Source: an uncultured Gemmatimonadales bacterium
Lineage (GTDB): Bacteria > Gemmatimonadota > Gemmatimonadetes > Gemmatimonadales > GWC2-71-9
DNA length: 64,000 nt
NCBI GenBank assembly: GCA_963771275.1
Contig: CAVYSW010000006.1
Coordinates: 187,073 to 251,072 of the forward strand
Direction: 5' to 3'
Shown here: in pieces, positions 9,818 to 20,000 of the stretch
Layout of the letters: every line of letters starts with the position of its first letter
Numbering within the stretch: the stretch's first letter is position 1
The notes under the pieces: generated by a model
Told to the model about the DNA's origin: nothing
Seen by the model: only the letters and a program-made list of their open reading frames with translations
Databases searched by the model: none
Program-made: the position numbers and the translations under genes

Positions 9818-12308
9818 CGCGTCCCCGCACCTCCAGCAGATTGAAGAACAGGCGGAATGCGCCGGGCACGCCCGCGGGCAGGGCCCGGAAGAAGCTCAGG
9901 CCCGTGTAGCTGTACGTTCCGCTCCCGTACGGAGCGATGAGCAGCGCGCCACGCAAGGGCGGCATCCCGGGATCGTGCATCTCGAGCAGGGGCGTGTAGG
10001 CCGGATCCCACGTGCGGGGAAAGTAGAGGCCGCGCTCCTGCGGCCAGTCGTTCCAGTCGGTACCCGTGATGGCGTTCGGCTCACGGAACACGGGGCTCCC
10101 GGGCTCCAGCACCGTCACTGGTGCCGTTTCGTCGGTCACCCGGTCGTGCGGATTGGCGATCTGCAGCGGGAACGGCGCGTAGCCACCGCGCACGTACGGG
10201 TACTGCTGGTACTGCACGAGGACATGCCCCCCCGCGCGCACGTAGTCGAGCAGCCGGTCGTTGTTCGCCACGAGGGCCGTGTCCGTCTCGTACGCCCGGC
10301 TCCCGATCACGATGGCATCGTACGCGGCGAGATCGCCCCGCGCGAGCGTGTCGGGACCAAGCAGCACCACCGCGAGGCCGGCGCGCGCGAGCGCTTCCGG
10401 CACCTTGTCCGACGCGCCGCGCACGTAGCCGATCCGCCGGGCCGCCGGCAGGGCGATCCGCGCCACGCGAATGCGACTCGCGGCCGGGCGGAGCCAGGCC
10501 GTCGGCCAGATGTGGGGGTAGGCCACCGTCTCCGACCCCGCGTCGAACACCTCCCCCGACGCCGCGCGCGCCACCGCCCGCATGATCACGTCCGCCGAGT
10601 CGAGCCCCGCGGGGCGCCGCACGACGAAGGTGAAGCGGTGCGTCTCCCCGCGACGAACCAGGCGGAACGGCTGCGCCGGCGGGGCGCTCCAGCCGTCCAG
10701 CGCGAGCGACACGTCCCCCGCCGTCGTGTCGGCGCCGTTGTGCCGCAGGGTGATGGTGAACGTCCGCTCGGCCCCGCCACCCGCCGGCCAGACCAGCGTG
10801 TCCGGCTCGAGCTGCACCTCGATCTTCGGCACTAGCCGCTCGGGCTCGCGGAGCTCGCCGAACGCCTGGTCCTGAATCCGCTGGGTGACCTCCCGGCGGA
10901 GCTCGACCGGCGCCCCGGCAATCGTGAGCTGGACCCGGGCGGTGAGCGGCGGCGGCGACATCGGCAGTCCGCGCACCGCCGCCGCCGCGCTGGACCAGTC
11001 GTACAGCCATCCGTGCAACGGCCGCTCGAGGAAGTAGGGGCGGGTGGGTCGCGCGGCCGACGGGGGCACCGCCACTGCACGGCGCGTGACCGCGCTCCCG
11101 GGCGGGACCGCCCCCGGCGCGCCGTCCAGCGACAGCGCTGCGGGCCAGCCCTCGACCGCGGGCTCCACCGCGCCGCCGGTCCACCGCACCGAGTCCGTCC
11201 CCGCGTCATACACCTCCACCTCCACCCCGACGGCCTCCCCCGCCACCAGACCTGACGACGCGGCGCGCGCGTCCACCACGACACCTGCCGCCACCGCCAG
11301 GGCTTCGGCGAGCAGCTGGCGCCGCTCCGGTGAAACCAGCCGGTCGGCTGCCGCGCGGCGCACCGCCGCGGCGAGCGGCGCGACGGCCTGGTCCAGCCCC
11401 TCCGGCGTCACCACCCCCCGGAGGGAATCCGCCAGCGCCCGGAGCCACGACGAATCCGGCGGCACGCCGCTGAAGATGTCCGTGTCGGGGACCCCGGCCG
11501 CCGCGGGCCGCTCCAGCGCGAGCCGCGCGTCGCTCGGCCCGAGACGCTGCAGCATCCCGAAGTCCTGCGAGCGATGCTGGCTGCGCGCCGCCATCGCGAT
11601 CTGGGAAAACGAGCGGCCGGTGCGTGGGTCGAGGCGCCCTTCCGGCAGCGACAGCGTCGCGGCCTCCGGACTGAACCGCGCGGACGTGTAGCGCTTGAGC
11701 GGCTGCCACGGCGCCAGTCCCTCCTCGCTGGCGAGCTCCGGGAAGGCCCGCGGGTCGCCTGCCGCGTCGAACGCGCGACGCGCCATCACGCCCGCCATCT
11801 GGTGCTGGCCGTGTCCGTCCCGCGGCGTCCCCGAGAACACCGACACGATCACGTGAGGCCGGAACCGGCGGATGACGCGCACCACGTCCTTCAGGATCGA
11901 ATCGGGCGGCCAGAACCGCTCGGTTTCGGGGAGGGAGCGGGTGAACCCGAAGTCGTACGCCCGGGTGAAGAACTGCGATGCTCCATCCATCCGCCGGGCG
12001 GCGAGCAGCTCCTCGGTGCGCAGCAGGCCGAGCGACACGCCCAGCTCGGAACCGATGAGATTCTGGCCGCCCTCGCCCCGCGACAGGGACAGGTAGGCGC
12101 TCGCGGCGCCGTAGCCCCGGGAGAGCAGCGCGAGCAGCCCCGTGTCCTCGTCGTCGGGGTGGGCGCCGATCACGAGCACCCGGCGCGACTCGGCGAGCCG
12201 CTGGAGCAGCAGATCGAGGCGCTCCGCGCCGCCCGATGCCGGCGGACCGACCTGCGCCTGCGCCGCGGCCTGGACCACCAGACCGCCGAGCAGCAGGAGC
12301 GGACGCAA
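9807..12308 (-). CDS. Secreted PIG-L/LmbE family deacetylase with Ig/NEW3-like middle and C-terminal class I GATase-like domain
   Basis: AHPDDED, RGEGGQN, DFGF, HGQH; C-terminal LAAYDAIVIGSRAY...GGHVLVQY; signal peptide after TTG 12308. Confidence 0.88.
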   Translation of the reverse strand: MRPLLLLGGLVVQAAAQAQVGPPASGGAERLDLLLQRLAESRRVLVIGAHPDDEDTGLLALLSRGYGAASAYLSLSRGEGGQNLIGSELGVSLGLLRTEELLAARRMDGASQFFTRAYDFGFTRSLPETERFWPPDSILKDVVRVIRRFRPHVIVSVFSGTPRDGHGQHQMAGVMARRAFDAAGDPRAFPELASEEGLAPWQPLKRYTSARFSPEAATLSLPEGRLDPRTGRSFSQIAMAARSQHRSQDFGMLQRLGPSDARLALERPAAAGVPDTDIFSGVPPDSSWLRALADSLRGVVTPEGLDQAVAPLAAAVRRAAADRLVSPERRQLLAEALAVAAGVVVDARAASSGLVAGEAVGVEVEVYDAGTDSVRWTGGAVEPAVEGWPAALSLDGAPGAVPPGSAVTRRAVAVPPSAARPTRPYFLERPLHGWLYDWSSAAAAVRGLPMSPPPLTARVQLTIAGAPVELRREVTQRIQDQAFGELREPERLVPKIEVQLEPDTLVWPAGGGAERTFTITLRHNGADTTAGDVSLALDGWSAPPAQPFRLVRRGETHRFTFVVRRPAGLDSADVIMRAVARAASGEVFDAGSETVAYPHIWPTAWLRPAASRIRVARIALPAARRIGYVRGASDKVPEALARAGLAVVLLGPDTLARGDLAAYDAIVIGSRAYETDTALVANNDRLLDYVRAGGHVLVQYQQYPYVRGGYAPFPLQIANPHDRVTDETAPVTVLEPGSPVFREPNAITGTDWNDWPQERGLYFPRTWDPAYTPLLEMHDPGMPPLRGALLIAPYGSGTYSYTGLSFFRALPAGVPGAFRLFFNLLEVRGRVVP

Positions 12309-12312
12309 CGTT

Positions 12313-12969
12313 CTAGGCAGCAGCCTGGCGGGCAACGACGATGCTGCGGAGCCGCTCCGCACTGGGGTCCTGCGGATCGCCGAACGGTCGGGGATGGCCT
12401 TCCGGATCCAGCACGACGCTGGGACAGACGAACTCGAACTTGTGGGCAAACACCCGCTCCTTCACCGCCTGCGTGGCGACGGCCGCCGCCGCCAGGACCT
12501 GTTTCCCGCCGAGCTGTCGCACGGTGTGCGCGGCCGCCAGCAGCTTCCACGGCGAGGTCACGTGCCCGTCGATCACCACGACCGTCTGGTCTCCCAGCGC
12601 GCGCATCTGACGCTGGCCGCGGAACAGCAGGCGCTCCGCCTTGACCGCGCGACGCGCCCGATCGATCGCTTCGTTGAGCGCGTCGAGCAGCTCGAACCGC
12701 GGCTCGAAGAACTGATCGATCACGGCATCGGCATCTTCCGCCACCGCCCCGATGATCCCATGGCCCTCGACGCGGACATGCGCCCCGACGATCACGTCGA
12801 ACACCGACGCCGTGCCTTTGGCGGCGCTCGCGGCGATTTCGACGCCCGCCGGCGTCACCCCCAACAGCATCACCGGTGGCGTGCAGCGCTGATACACGAG
12901 GCGACCCAGCACGGCGCCCGCGGCGGACCGCGATGGATACAACGGGACGGGTTGTGGGGTGCTGGTCAC
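12313..12969 (-). CDS. Phosphoribosyltransferase-fold protein with degenerate PRPP loop
   Basis: Follows the layout of small type I PRT homologues (YPSRSAAGAVLG; LGVTPAGVEIA; IGAVAED; LGDQTVVVIDG), but the PRPP loop is atypical. Confidence 0.6.
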   Translation of the reverse strand: MTSTPQPVPLYPSRSAAGAVLGRLVYQRCTPPVMLLGVTPAGVEIAASAAKGTASVFDVIVGAHVRVEGHGIIGAVAEDADAVIDQFFEPRFELLDALNEAIDRARRAVKAERLLFRGQRQMRALGDQTVVVIDGHVTSPWKLLAAAHTVRQLGGKQVLAAAAVATQAVKERVFAHKFEFVCPSVVLDPEGHPRPFGDPQDPSAERLRSIVVARQAAA

Positions 12970-13115
12970 GCGCCCAATCTTGCCACGACCACCCCCGCCG
13001 CGCAACGGGCGCGGCGTTCGGGCCATGGGTGAATGTTATATTGCGACGGAGCGTCGATGATGCACGCTGCAATCCTCCCGTGTGCCAAGACTAAAGGATC
13101 GCTACCATGACGGCG

Positions 13116-14981
13116 ATGGCTCCCCAGACGCCGGGCGGGACACCGGCGGACCCCCATGGCGTGAGCGCACAGGAATCCCGTGCGGTCGCCGAGGCGGCGC
13201 GGGAACGCGAATGGGCTCGGCCGAGCTTCGTGCGCGAGCTGTTCAACGGCCGCCTCCTGCTCGACCTGATCCACCCCTACCCACAACCCGATCCCTCCGA
13301 GATGGAGCGCGCCGGCCCCTGGCTGGCCGAGCTCGAGCGGTTCATGAAGGAGAAGGTCGACTCGATCGCCATCGACCGGAACCGGCAGATTCCGCGCGAC
13401 GTCGTCGACGGGCTCAAGGCACTCGGCGCATTCGGCATCAAGATCCCGCGCGAGTACGGCGGCCTCGGCTTCTCACAGCTCGTCTACAACCGGGCCATGT
13501 CGATCGTCGGCAGCGTGGACGGGTCGGTCGCGACGCTGCTGTCGGCCCACCAGTCCATCGGCGTGCCCCAGCCGCTCAAGCTGTTCGGCACCCCGGAGCA
13601 GAAGCAGCGGTATTTCCCGCGGCTCGCCCGGGGCGAGATCAGCGCCTTCGCCCTCACCGAGCCCGAGGTCGGCAGCGACCCGGCGCGCATGCGCGCCACC
13701 GCGGACCTCGCGCCGGACGGCACCCACTACGTGCTGAACGGCGAGAAGCTGTGGTGCACCAACGGCACGATCGCCGCCATCATGGTGGTGATGGCCCGGA
13801 CCCCCGACAACAAGATCACCGCGTTCATCGTCGAGAGCGCCTGGCCGGGCGTCGAGGTCCTGCACCGCTGCCACTTCATGGGACTCAACGGGATCGAGAA
13901 CGCGCTGCTGCGCTTCACCAACGTGCGGGTCCCGACGGAGAACGTGCTGCTCGGCGTGGGGAAGGGCCTCAAGCTGGCGCTCGTGACGCTGAACACGGGC
14001 CGCCTCACCATCCCGTCTATCGCCGCGGCGGCGGGGAAGCGCTCGATGGACATCGTGCGCCGCTGGGGCGCGGAGCGCGTCCAGTGGGGTGCGCCGGTCG
14101 GCAAGCACGACGCGGTGGCGCAGAAGATCGGCCGCATCGCGGCCACCACGTTCGCCATGGATGCCCTGGCCGAGCTCGCCACCCTGATGAACGACCGCGG
14201 TTACGACATCCGCCTCGAAGCCGCGATCGGGAAGATGTGGAATACCGAGCAGGGCTGGCACATCGTGGACGAGACCCTGCAGGTCCGCGGCGGCCGCGGC
14301 TACGAGACGGAGTGGTCCCTGGCCCAGCGGGGCGAGGAGCCGGTGCCCGTCGAGCGGATGATGCGCGACTTCCGCATCAACACGCTGTTCGAGGGATCGA
14401 GCGAGATCATGCGGCTGTTCATCGCCCGGGAGGCGCTCGACTCGCACCTCAAGATCGGCGGGGCGATCGCCGACCCGAGCGCATCGCTCGGGGCCAAGCT
14501 GGCGGCGGGCGTGCGGGCCACCCTGTACTACGGCTGGTGGTACCCCGCCCGGTGGCTCGGCTGGGGACGGTGGCCGCGGTACGCCGAATTCGGCAAGCTG
14601 GCGCGCCATATCCGGTTCCTGAATCGCGCCTCCCGCCGGCTCGCGCGCGCCCTGCTCCACGCGATCGTGCGGTTCGGGCCGCGACTCGAGAAGAAACAGG
14701 CCGTGCTGGGCCGCCTCGTGGACATCGGCGCGGAGCTGTTCGCCATGGCGGCCGCCTGCGTCAAGGCGCAGTCGTTCCGCACCAGCAAGTCGGCCGAAGA
14801 GCGCGCGCACGCGGAAACCGCGTGCGACCTCGCGGACGTCTTCTGCCGGCTGGCGCGGCGGCGCGTCGCCGGACATTTTGCCGCATTGTTCGACAACGAC
14901 GACGCGGTGGTCTACCGCACGGCCCTGCGGGCGCTGGCCGGTGAGTTCCGCTGGCTCGAGACAAAGGGCGTCGCGCACTAG
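13116..14981 (+). CDS. Acyl-CoA dehydrogenase (long, VLCAD/FadE10-like)
   Basis: FALTEPEVGSD, NGEKLWCTNG, LNTGRL, LQVRGGRGYE, FEGSSEI; start 13107 or 13116. Confidence 0.93.
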   Translation: MAPQTPGGTPADPHGVSAQESRAVAEAAREREWARPSFVRELFNGRLLLDLIHPYPQPDPSEMERAGPWLAELERFMKEKVDSIAIDRNRQIPRDVVDGLKALGAFGIKIPREYGGLGFSQLVYNRAMSIVGSVDGSVATLLSAHQSIGVPQPLKLFGTPEQKQRYFPRLARGEISAFALTEPEVGSDPARMRATADLAPDGTHYVLNGEKLWCTNGTIAAIMVVMARTPDNKITAFIVESAWPGVEVLHRCHFMGLNGIENALLRFTNVRVPTENVLLGVGKGLKLALVTLNTGRLTIPSIAAAAGKRSMDIVRRWGAERVQWGAPVGKHDAVAQKIGRIAATTFAMDALAELATLMNDRGYDIRLEAAIGKMWNTEQGWHIVDETLQVRGGRGYETEWSLAQRGEEPVPVERMMRDFRINTLFEGSSEIMRLFIAREALDSHLKIGGAIADPSASLGAKLAAGVRATLYYGWWYPARWLGWGRWPRYAEFGKLARHIRFLNRASRRLARALLHAIVRFGPRLEKKQAVLGRLVDIGAELFAMAAACVKAQSFRTSKSAEERAHAETACDLADVFCRLARRRVAGHFAALFDNDDAVVYRTALRALAGEFRWLETKGVAH

Positions 14982-15203
14982 CCGCCGGCCGCCCGGGACC
15001 GACCGCCGGATGGTGCCCCGGTCCGCCGGCCGGCCCACCACACCGTCGCGCGGGCGCGGCAGTCCCCCGGCCGCAGCGCCGGGCGGCGTGATCGGGACCC
15101 GGCAGGCCCGGTCCTTGCTCTTCGAGGCGCTTGGCGAGACTTTGAGCGTGATGCGTCCAGCTTCCCGCTCCGCCGTCCTCTGGCACACAGGGGCAGTGAC
15201 ACC

Positions 15204-16997
15204 ATGCGACGTCTGATCCTTGCTCTCGCCGGGGCCGCGCTCGCGGCCGCCGCAATTGGCAGCGCCTGCACCGACCGCACGGGCCCTCCGCAACCCGCCG
15301 CGGGCATGCTCGTGGTGCAGCCATCGTTCGCGAGCGCCGCGCTGGCCGGCATCGTCCCGCTGGCGCGGGCACGGATGGTCCTCACCCGTGTCCCGGGTGG
15401 GGAGGTCGCGAAGGACACGGTGGTGACGCTCGCCGCGGGCCAGGACTCCGTGGACCTCCGGCTCAGCGTCTCGGTCCTGGGCTCGGCGAACACGTTCCTT
15501 CTCAGGATCGCGCTGATCACGCCGCAGGGCGACACCGCCTTCCGCGCAGGTCCGGTCGCAGTGCAAGCGGGTACCGGCGGAACGCCTCCCGTCGTGCCCG
15601 TGACGTTCGTGTACACGGGCGTCGGGGCGAACGCGGAGCTGGTGACGATCACCTCGCCGGTGCTCACGCTCGCGATCGGCCAGTCGCTCACGCTGCAGGC
15701 GGACGCGCTCGACAGCGCGGGAGGCATCATCCCGGGCACGCCGATCGGGTGGCGCTCTCTCGACCCGACCGTGGCCACCGTGCCCGCTCCGGAGGCCGGC
15801 ACCGTCGTCGGCGGCGCGGCGGGCACCGCCCGCATCGTGGCGGAGCTGCTCACCGGGCCGGCCGACACGGTGTCGGTCAGGGTCGCGGCCTCCGCGATCG
15901 TCTTCGCCGGCGATTCCGCCGGCGGCCTGTCCACCGGCGTCTTCCGCGTCAACCGCGACGGGTCCGGCCGCGCCCGGATCTACGCCACGAGCCTCGGCGG
16001 GTACCAGTGGGTCAATCCCCGCTGGGCCCCCGATCGCTCGCGCGTCGCGTTCGGACTCGAATCGGCGGCGAGCGGGATCATCGGGCTGGAAGTGGTGAGC
16101 CCCGATGGACTCCAGACGGCGAGCGTCGTGTCTGACGTCAGCGTGCGCTACCCCCGCTGGAGTCCCGACGGTGTGCATCTGGCCTTCGCGTGCGGCAGCA
16201 CGTCGGCGTCGTACTCGCAATGGGACGTCTGCGTGATCAACGACGCGACCGGCGCGATCAGCGCGCTCGCGGGGCGCGGCAACGGCACCGGCAGGGTCGT
16301 GCTCACCGACATCAGCCGGCAGACCCGCCCCTACGGGATGCCGGCGTTCGGGTGGGATCCGACCAATCCCGACCGGATCGCGGTGGTGCGCGATTCCGTG
16401 GGCGCCCTGAACTCGAGCCGCATCTTCGTCACGACGTTCACCGGGACGGGGTGGACCGCCCCGGCACCGCTGTCGCCCGCCGTGATGGACGCGGGCACCG
16501 GGCCGCTCACCGTGGCGGGCGATTGGCTCGATTGGTCACCCGACGGGCAACATCTCGTCTTCGCCGCCTACGACCCGCAGTACAGCTGGCGGATCTATCG
16601 CATCAACCGCGACGGCACCGGCCTGGTGGCCCTCACCGACGGCTCGGGCTACGACGACGCGCCGCTGTACTCCCCCGACGGGAGCGAGATCCTGTTCTGG
16701 CGGGATGTCAGCTGCTCGTTCGACGCGTGGCTGATGAACGCCGACGGCTCGAATCCGCACCAGGTCACCGCGGAGGACGTATGCGACTTCCAGACGTCCA
16801 TCCTCGGCTTCGACTGGTCGCCGGACGGGCAGGAGATCGTGATCACGGGGTTCGACGCCCCCTACAGCAACGTCCTGATCTACCGGCTGCCGCGGACCAC
16901 GACGGCGGCCACGTACTTCACCGATCGCGTCCTGATCGGGCGTGGCGCCGCAGGCCCCAATCTGGTCCAGGACATTCAGCCCAGCTGGCGACCGTAG
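15204..16997 (+). CDS. Lipoprotein: N-terminal Ig-like module plus TolB/PD40 beta-propeller
   Basis: Lipobox IGSAC; repeated WSPDG/WAPD motifs; ends QPSWRP. Confidence 0.8.
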   Translation: MRRLILALAGAALAAAAIGSACTDRTGPPQPAAGMLVVQPSFASAALAGIVPLARARMVLTRVPGGEVAKDTVVTLAAGQDSVDLRLSVSVLGSANTFLLRIALITPQGDTAFRAGPVAVQAGTGGTPPVVPVTFVYTGVGANAELVTITSPVLTLAIGQSLTLQADALDSAGGIIPGTPIGWRSLDPTVATVPAPEAGTVVGGAAGTARIVAELLTGPADTVSVRVAASAIVFAGDSAGGLSTGVFRVNRDGSGRARIYATSLGGYQWVNPRWAPDRSRVAFGLESAASGIIGLEVVSPDGLQTASVVSDVSVRYPRWSPDGVHLAFACGSTSASYSQWDVCVINDATGAISALAGRGNGTGRVVLTDISRQTRPYGMPAFGWDPTNPDRIAVVRDSVGALNSSRIFVTTFTGTGWTAPAPLSPAVMDAGTGPLTVAGDWLDWSPDGQHLVFAAYDPQYSWRIYRINRDGTGLVALTDGSGYDDAPLYSPDGSEILFWRDVSCSFDAWLMNADGSNPHQVTAEDVCDFQTSILGFDWSPDGQEIVITGFDAPYSNVLIYRLPRTTTAATYFTDRVLIGRGAAGPNLVQDIQPSWRP

Positions 16998-17029
16998 CGC
17001 GGAAGCAACACCGCCTCCCATCACCCTCT

Positions 17030-17061
17030 TGCCGCCCCCGTCAGGGGGCGGCACTTTCTTT
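17030..17061 (+). terminator. Intrinsic terminator hairpin
   Basis: TGCCGCCCCC-gtca-GGGGGCGGCA perfect 10-bp stem followed by CTTTCTTT. Confidence 0.75.
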
Positions 17062-17095
17062 GCTCCCGTGGCGCCCGGCCTCAAGGCGAAACCAC

Positions 17096-20000
17096 ATGTC
17101 CCGCAGTCCGGCAACGCCCCTGCTACCGCTGATCCCCACCGTCCTGGCGGGGATCCTGTTGCTGAGCTGCACCGAGCAGGGGCCGCGCCCGCCGGTCCCC
17201 GTGCGGTTCGACCTGGCACCGGGCTTCGCCAGCGACGTGGCCGGGATCGTCCCGCTCTCCAAGGGGCGGTTCATCCTCACCCGCGTGCCCGGCGGCGAGC
17301 TGGCCAGGGACACGGTCATCGACTTCCCGGCCGGGCAGGATTCGATCGATCTCTCGCTCACCGTGATGCTGCTCGATCCGGGGGAAACATTCATGCTCAG
17401 CATCGCCCTGGTGACGCCGACCGGCGACACGGCGTTCCGGGCGGGCCCGATCGAGGTGCACCCGTCGACCGGCGGCGACGCGACGCCCGTCACGGTGACG
17501 TTCGTTTACAGCGGCGTTGGGGCCGACGCCGCGTTCGTCACGATCGGCGCGCCAGGCGGGCCCCTGTTCGCCGGAGACTCCGCCCGGCTGGTCGCCACGG
17601 CCTACGACAGCGCCGAGGGACCGATCCCCGGCACGCCGGTCGCCTGGCGCTCGCTCGATCCCACGATCGCCGCCATGCCCTTCCCGGACTCCGGCCTCGT
17701 CGTGGGGATCACGCGCGGCACGGCGCGGATCGTGGCCGAGCTGCTCACGGGCCCGGCAGACACCGTGCCGCTGAGCGTTCTCCTGCCACCGGCGACCATC
17801 GTCGCGGACTCGGGCTCGGGGCAGACCGGACCGGCCGGCGGGCTGCTGCCCAACCGGATCGTGGCGCGCGTGCGCGCGAGCGACGGCGTTGGCGTCGCGA
17901 ATCTGTGGGTGAGGTTCGTGGTTTCGCTGGGTGGCGGAGCCGTGTCCGCCGACTCGGCGCTCACCGACGTGAACGGGCGCGCCGGCGTGACATGGACCCT
18001 CGGGAACGTCGTCGGCAACCAGACCGTGACGGCCAGCACGCCGGCCCTGCCGACGGATTCGGCCGTGTTCAGCGCGACCTCGACCGCGACGGGACCCGGT
18101 GCGATCGTCATCTCGGCGGGGAACAACCAGAGCGCGTTGGTCGGCACGGCGGTCACCACGGCGCCGCGGGTGCGCGTCACCGATGCCCTGGGCAACCCGG
18201 TCCCCGGCATCGTCGTGACCTTTGCGGTCACCCAGGGGGCCGGCACCGTCACGGGCGCCACGCCGACCACCGATGCGAGCGGATTCGCCGCGGCCGCGAG
18301 CTGGACCCTCGGCCCCGCAGTCGGGCTCAACGCCCTCACGGCCGCGGTGAGCGGCCTCACGCCGGTCCAGTTCCTCGCTCTGGGGACCGGGCCGGGCGGC
18401 GTGACGCAGATGACGCTGAGCGCCGGGGACGGCCAGACGGCGCTCGCGCACACCGCGGTGCCGATCACGCCGGCGGTGCTGCTGCGGGACACGAGCGGCG
18501 CCGTGATCAGCGGCGTCACGGTGGCGTTCGCGGTCACCGCCGGCGGGGGCGCGGTCACGGGGGCCGCGGCCGTCAGCAATACCTCCGGGGTCGCGACCGT
18601 GGGGAGCTGGACCCTTGGCGCCCCGGGCGTCAACACGCTGACCGCGTCCCTCTCGGGGCTTCCGGACGTCGTGTTCCAGGCGACCGGCACCGTCGGCGCG
18701 CCGGACACCGTCGTGGTCGTGTCGGGGAACAACCAGTCGGCGGACGCCGGCACGGCGCTCCCGCAGCCGCTCGTCGTCGAGGTGCGGGACTCCGCCGGCA
18801 ATCCGGTGCCATCCGTTGCCGTGACGTGGGCCAGCATCAACGGCACGGTTTCGCCCACGACGGGCTCCACCGACGCGTCGGGGCGGGCGCAGACCGGCTG
18901 GGTGCTGGGTACGAACGCCATCACGCAGACCGCGACCGCCACGGCGACGGGCATCACCCCGGCGGTGTTCACGGCGACCGCGGTGTTCCCGAGTCCCACC
19001 GTGCTGCTGGCGCTTGCCGGCACCGACCGCATTCGGCTGAGCGACAGTGCTCAACTCAACGTGACCCTCACGGCGCCAGCCGGCGCCAGCGGCGTGGTCG
19101 TCAACTTCTCCGTGGACAACCCGGCGGTGGTGGGGCTCGACACCACCGACCTGTTCATCGCGCAGAACGGCACCACGACCCAGACCAGGCTCTACGGGCT
19201 CGCGTCGGGAACGACGACCGTCCGGGCCACGGCGACCGGCTACGCGGCGGGCGCGGCTCCCCGTCCTCGTGACCGTCCAGGTTCTCAGCATGCCGACGGT
19301 GCTCAACGTGCCGTATGGCGGCACGGCCTCGCTCCCGCTCCAGATCTCGACGCCCGCACCCTCGGGAGGGGTGGTCGTGACACTCGTGAGCGACAACCCG
19401 GCCGCGGTGGGGGTCCAGACGCCGACGGTCACGATCCCCCAGGGCCAACAGACGGCCAACGCCATGCTCACGGGCGTGGCACCCGGCACCGCGACCCTCA
19501 CAGGCTCCACGGCGGACTTCGGCATTGACCAGACGACCGCAGCGACGCGCGCCAATCTGAACATCGTCGAGGGGAGCATCACGATCTTCGCCACGCTGCT
19601 CGACACGCTGACCGTGCGGCTGGAAAGCAGCGGCCTGCCGGTGGCGGCACCGGGGGCGGGCGTGCAAGTGACGCTGACGCCCCGCAATGCGGAGTGCGTC
19701 GCCGCAACGTCGCCCATCTCCATCCCGACCGGGCTCGTCAGCCAGGCGTTCGTCGTCTCGTACGGCGGAACCGCCACCACGCCGTGCAACACATACGTGG
19801 TGGCCCAGGCGACGGGCATCGACCCCGACTCGGTGTACGTCGTCGTCAACCCGCCGCCCGGGATCACGCTCTACGCGAACACGCTGGGCGCGGGGCTGCA
19901 GTTCCCGTCAAACACGTACGGCTATCTCGCCGCGGCGAATCACGGCGGCGTGCGGGTCTGGATCAAGAGCGCCGACCCGAGCATGCTGCTCGTGGCGCCG

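Noticed and set aside
15125..15200. Sigma54-like TGGC motifs before the lipoprotein cluster
   Set aside because: GG-N10-GC spacing is not satisfied.
19250..19271. Programmed frameshift or phase-variable tract
   Set aside because: No slippery heptamer or long simple-sequence tract; a second single-base indel at ~62197 suggests assembly error.
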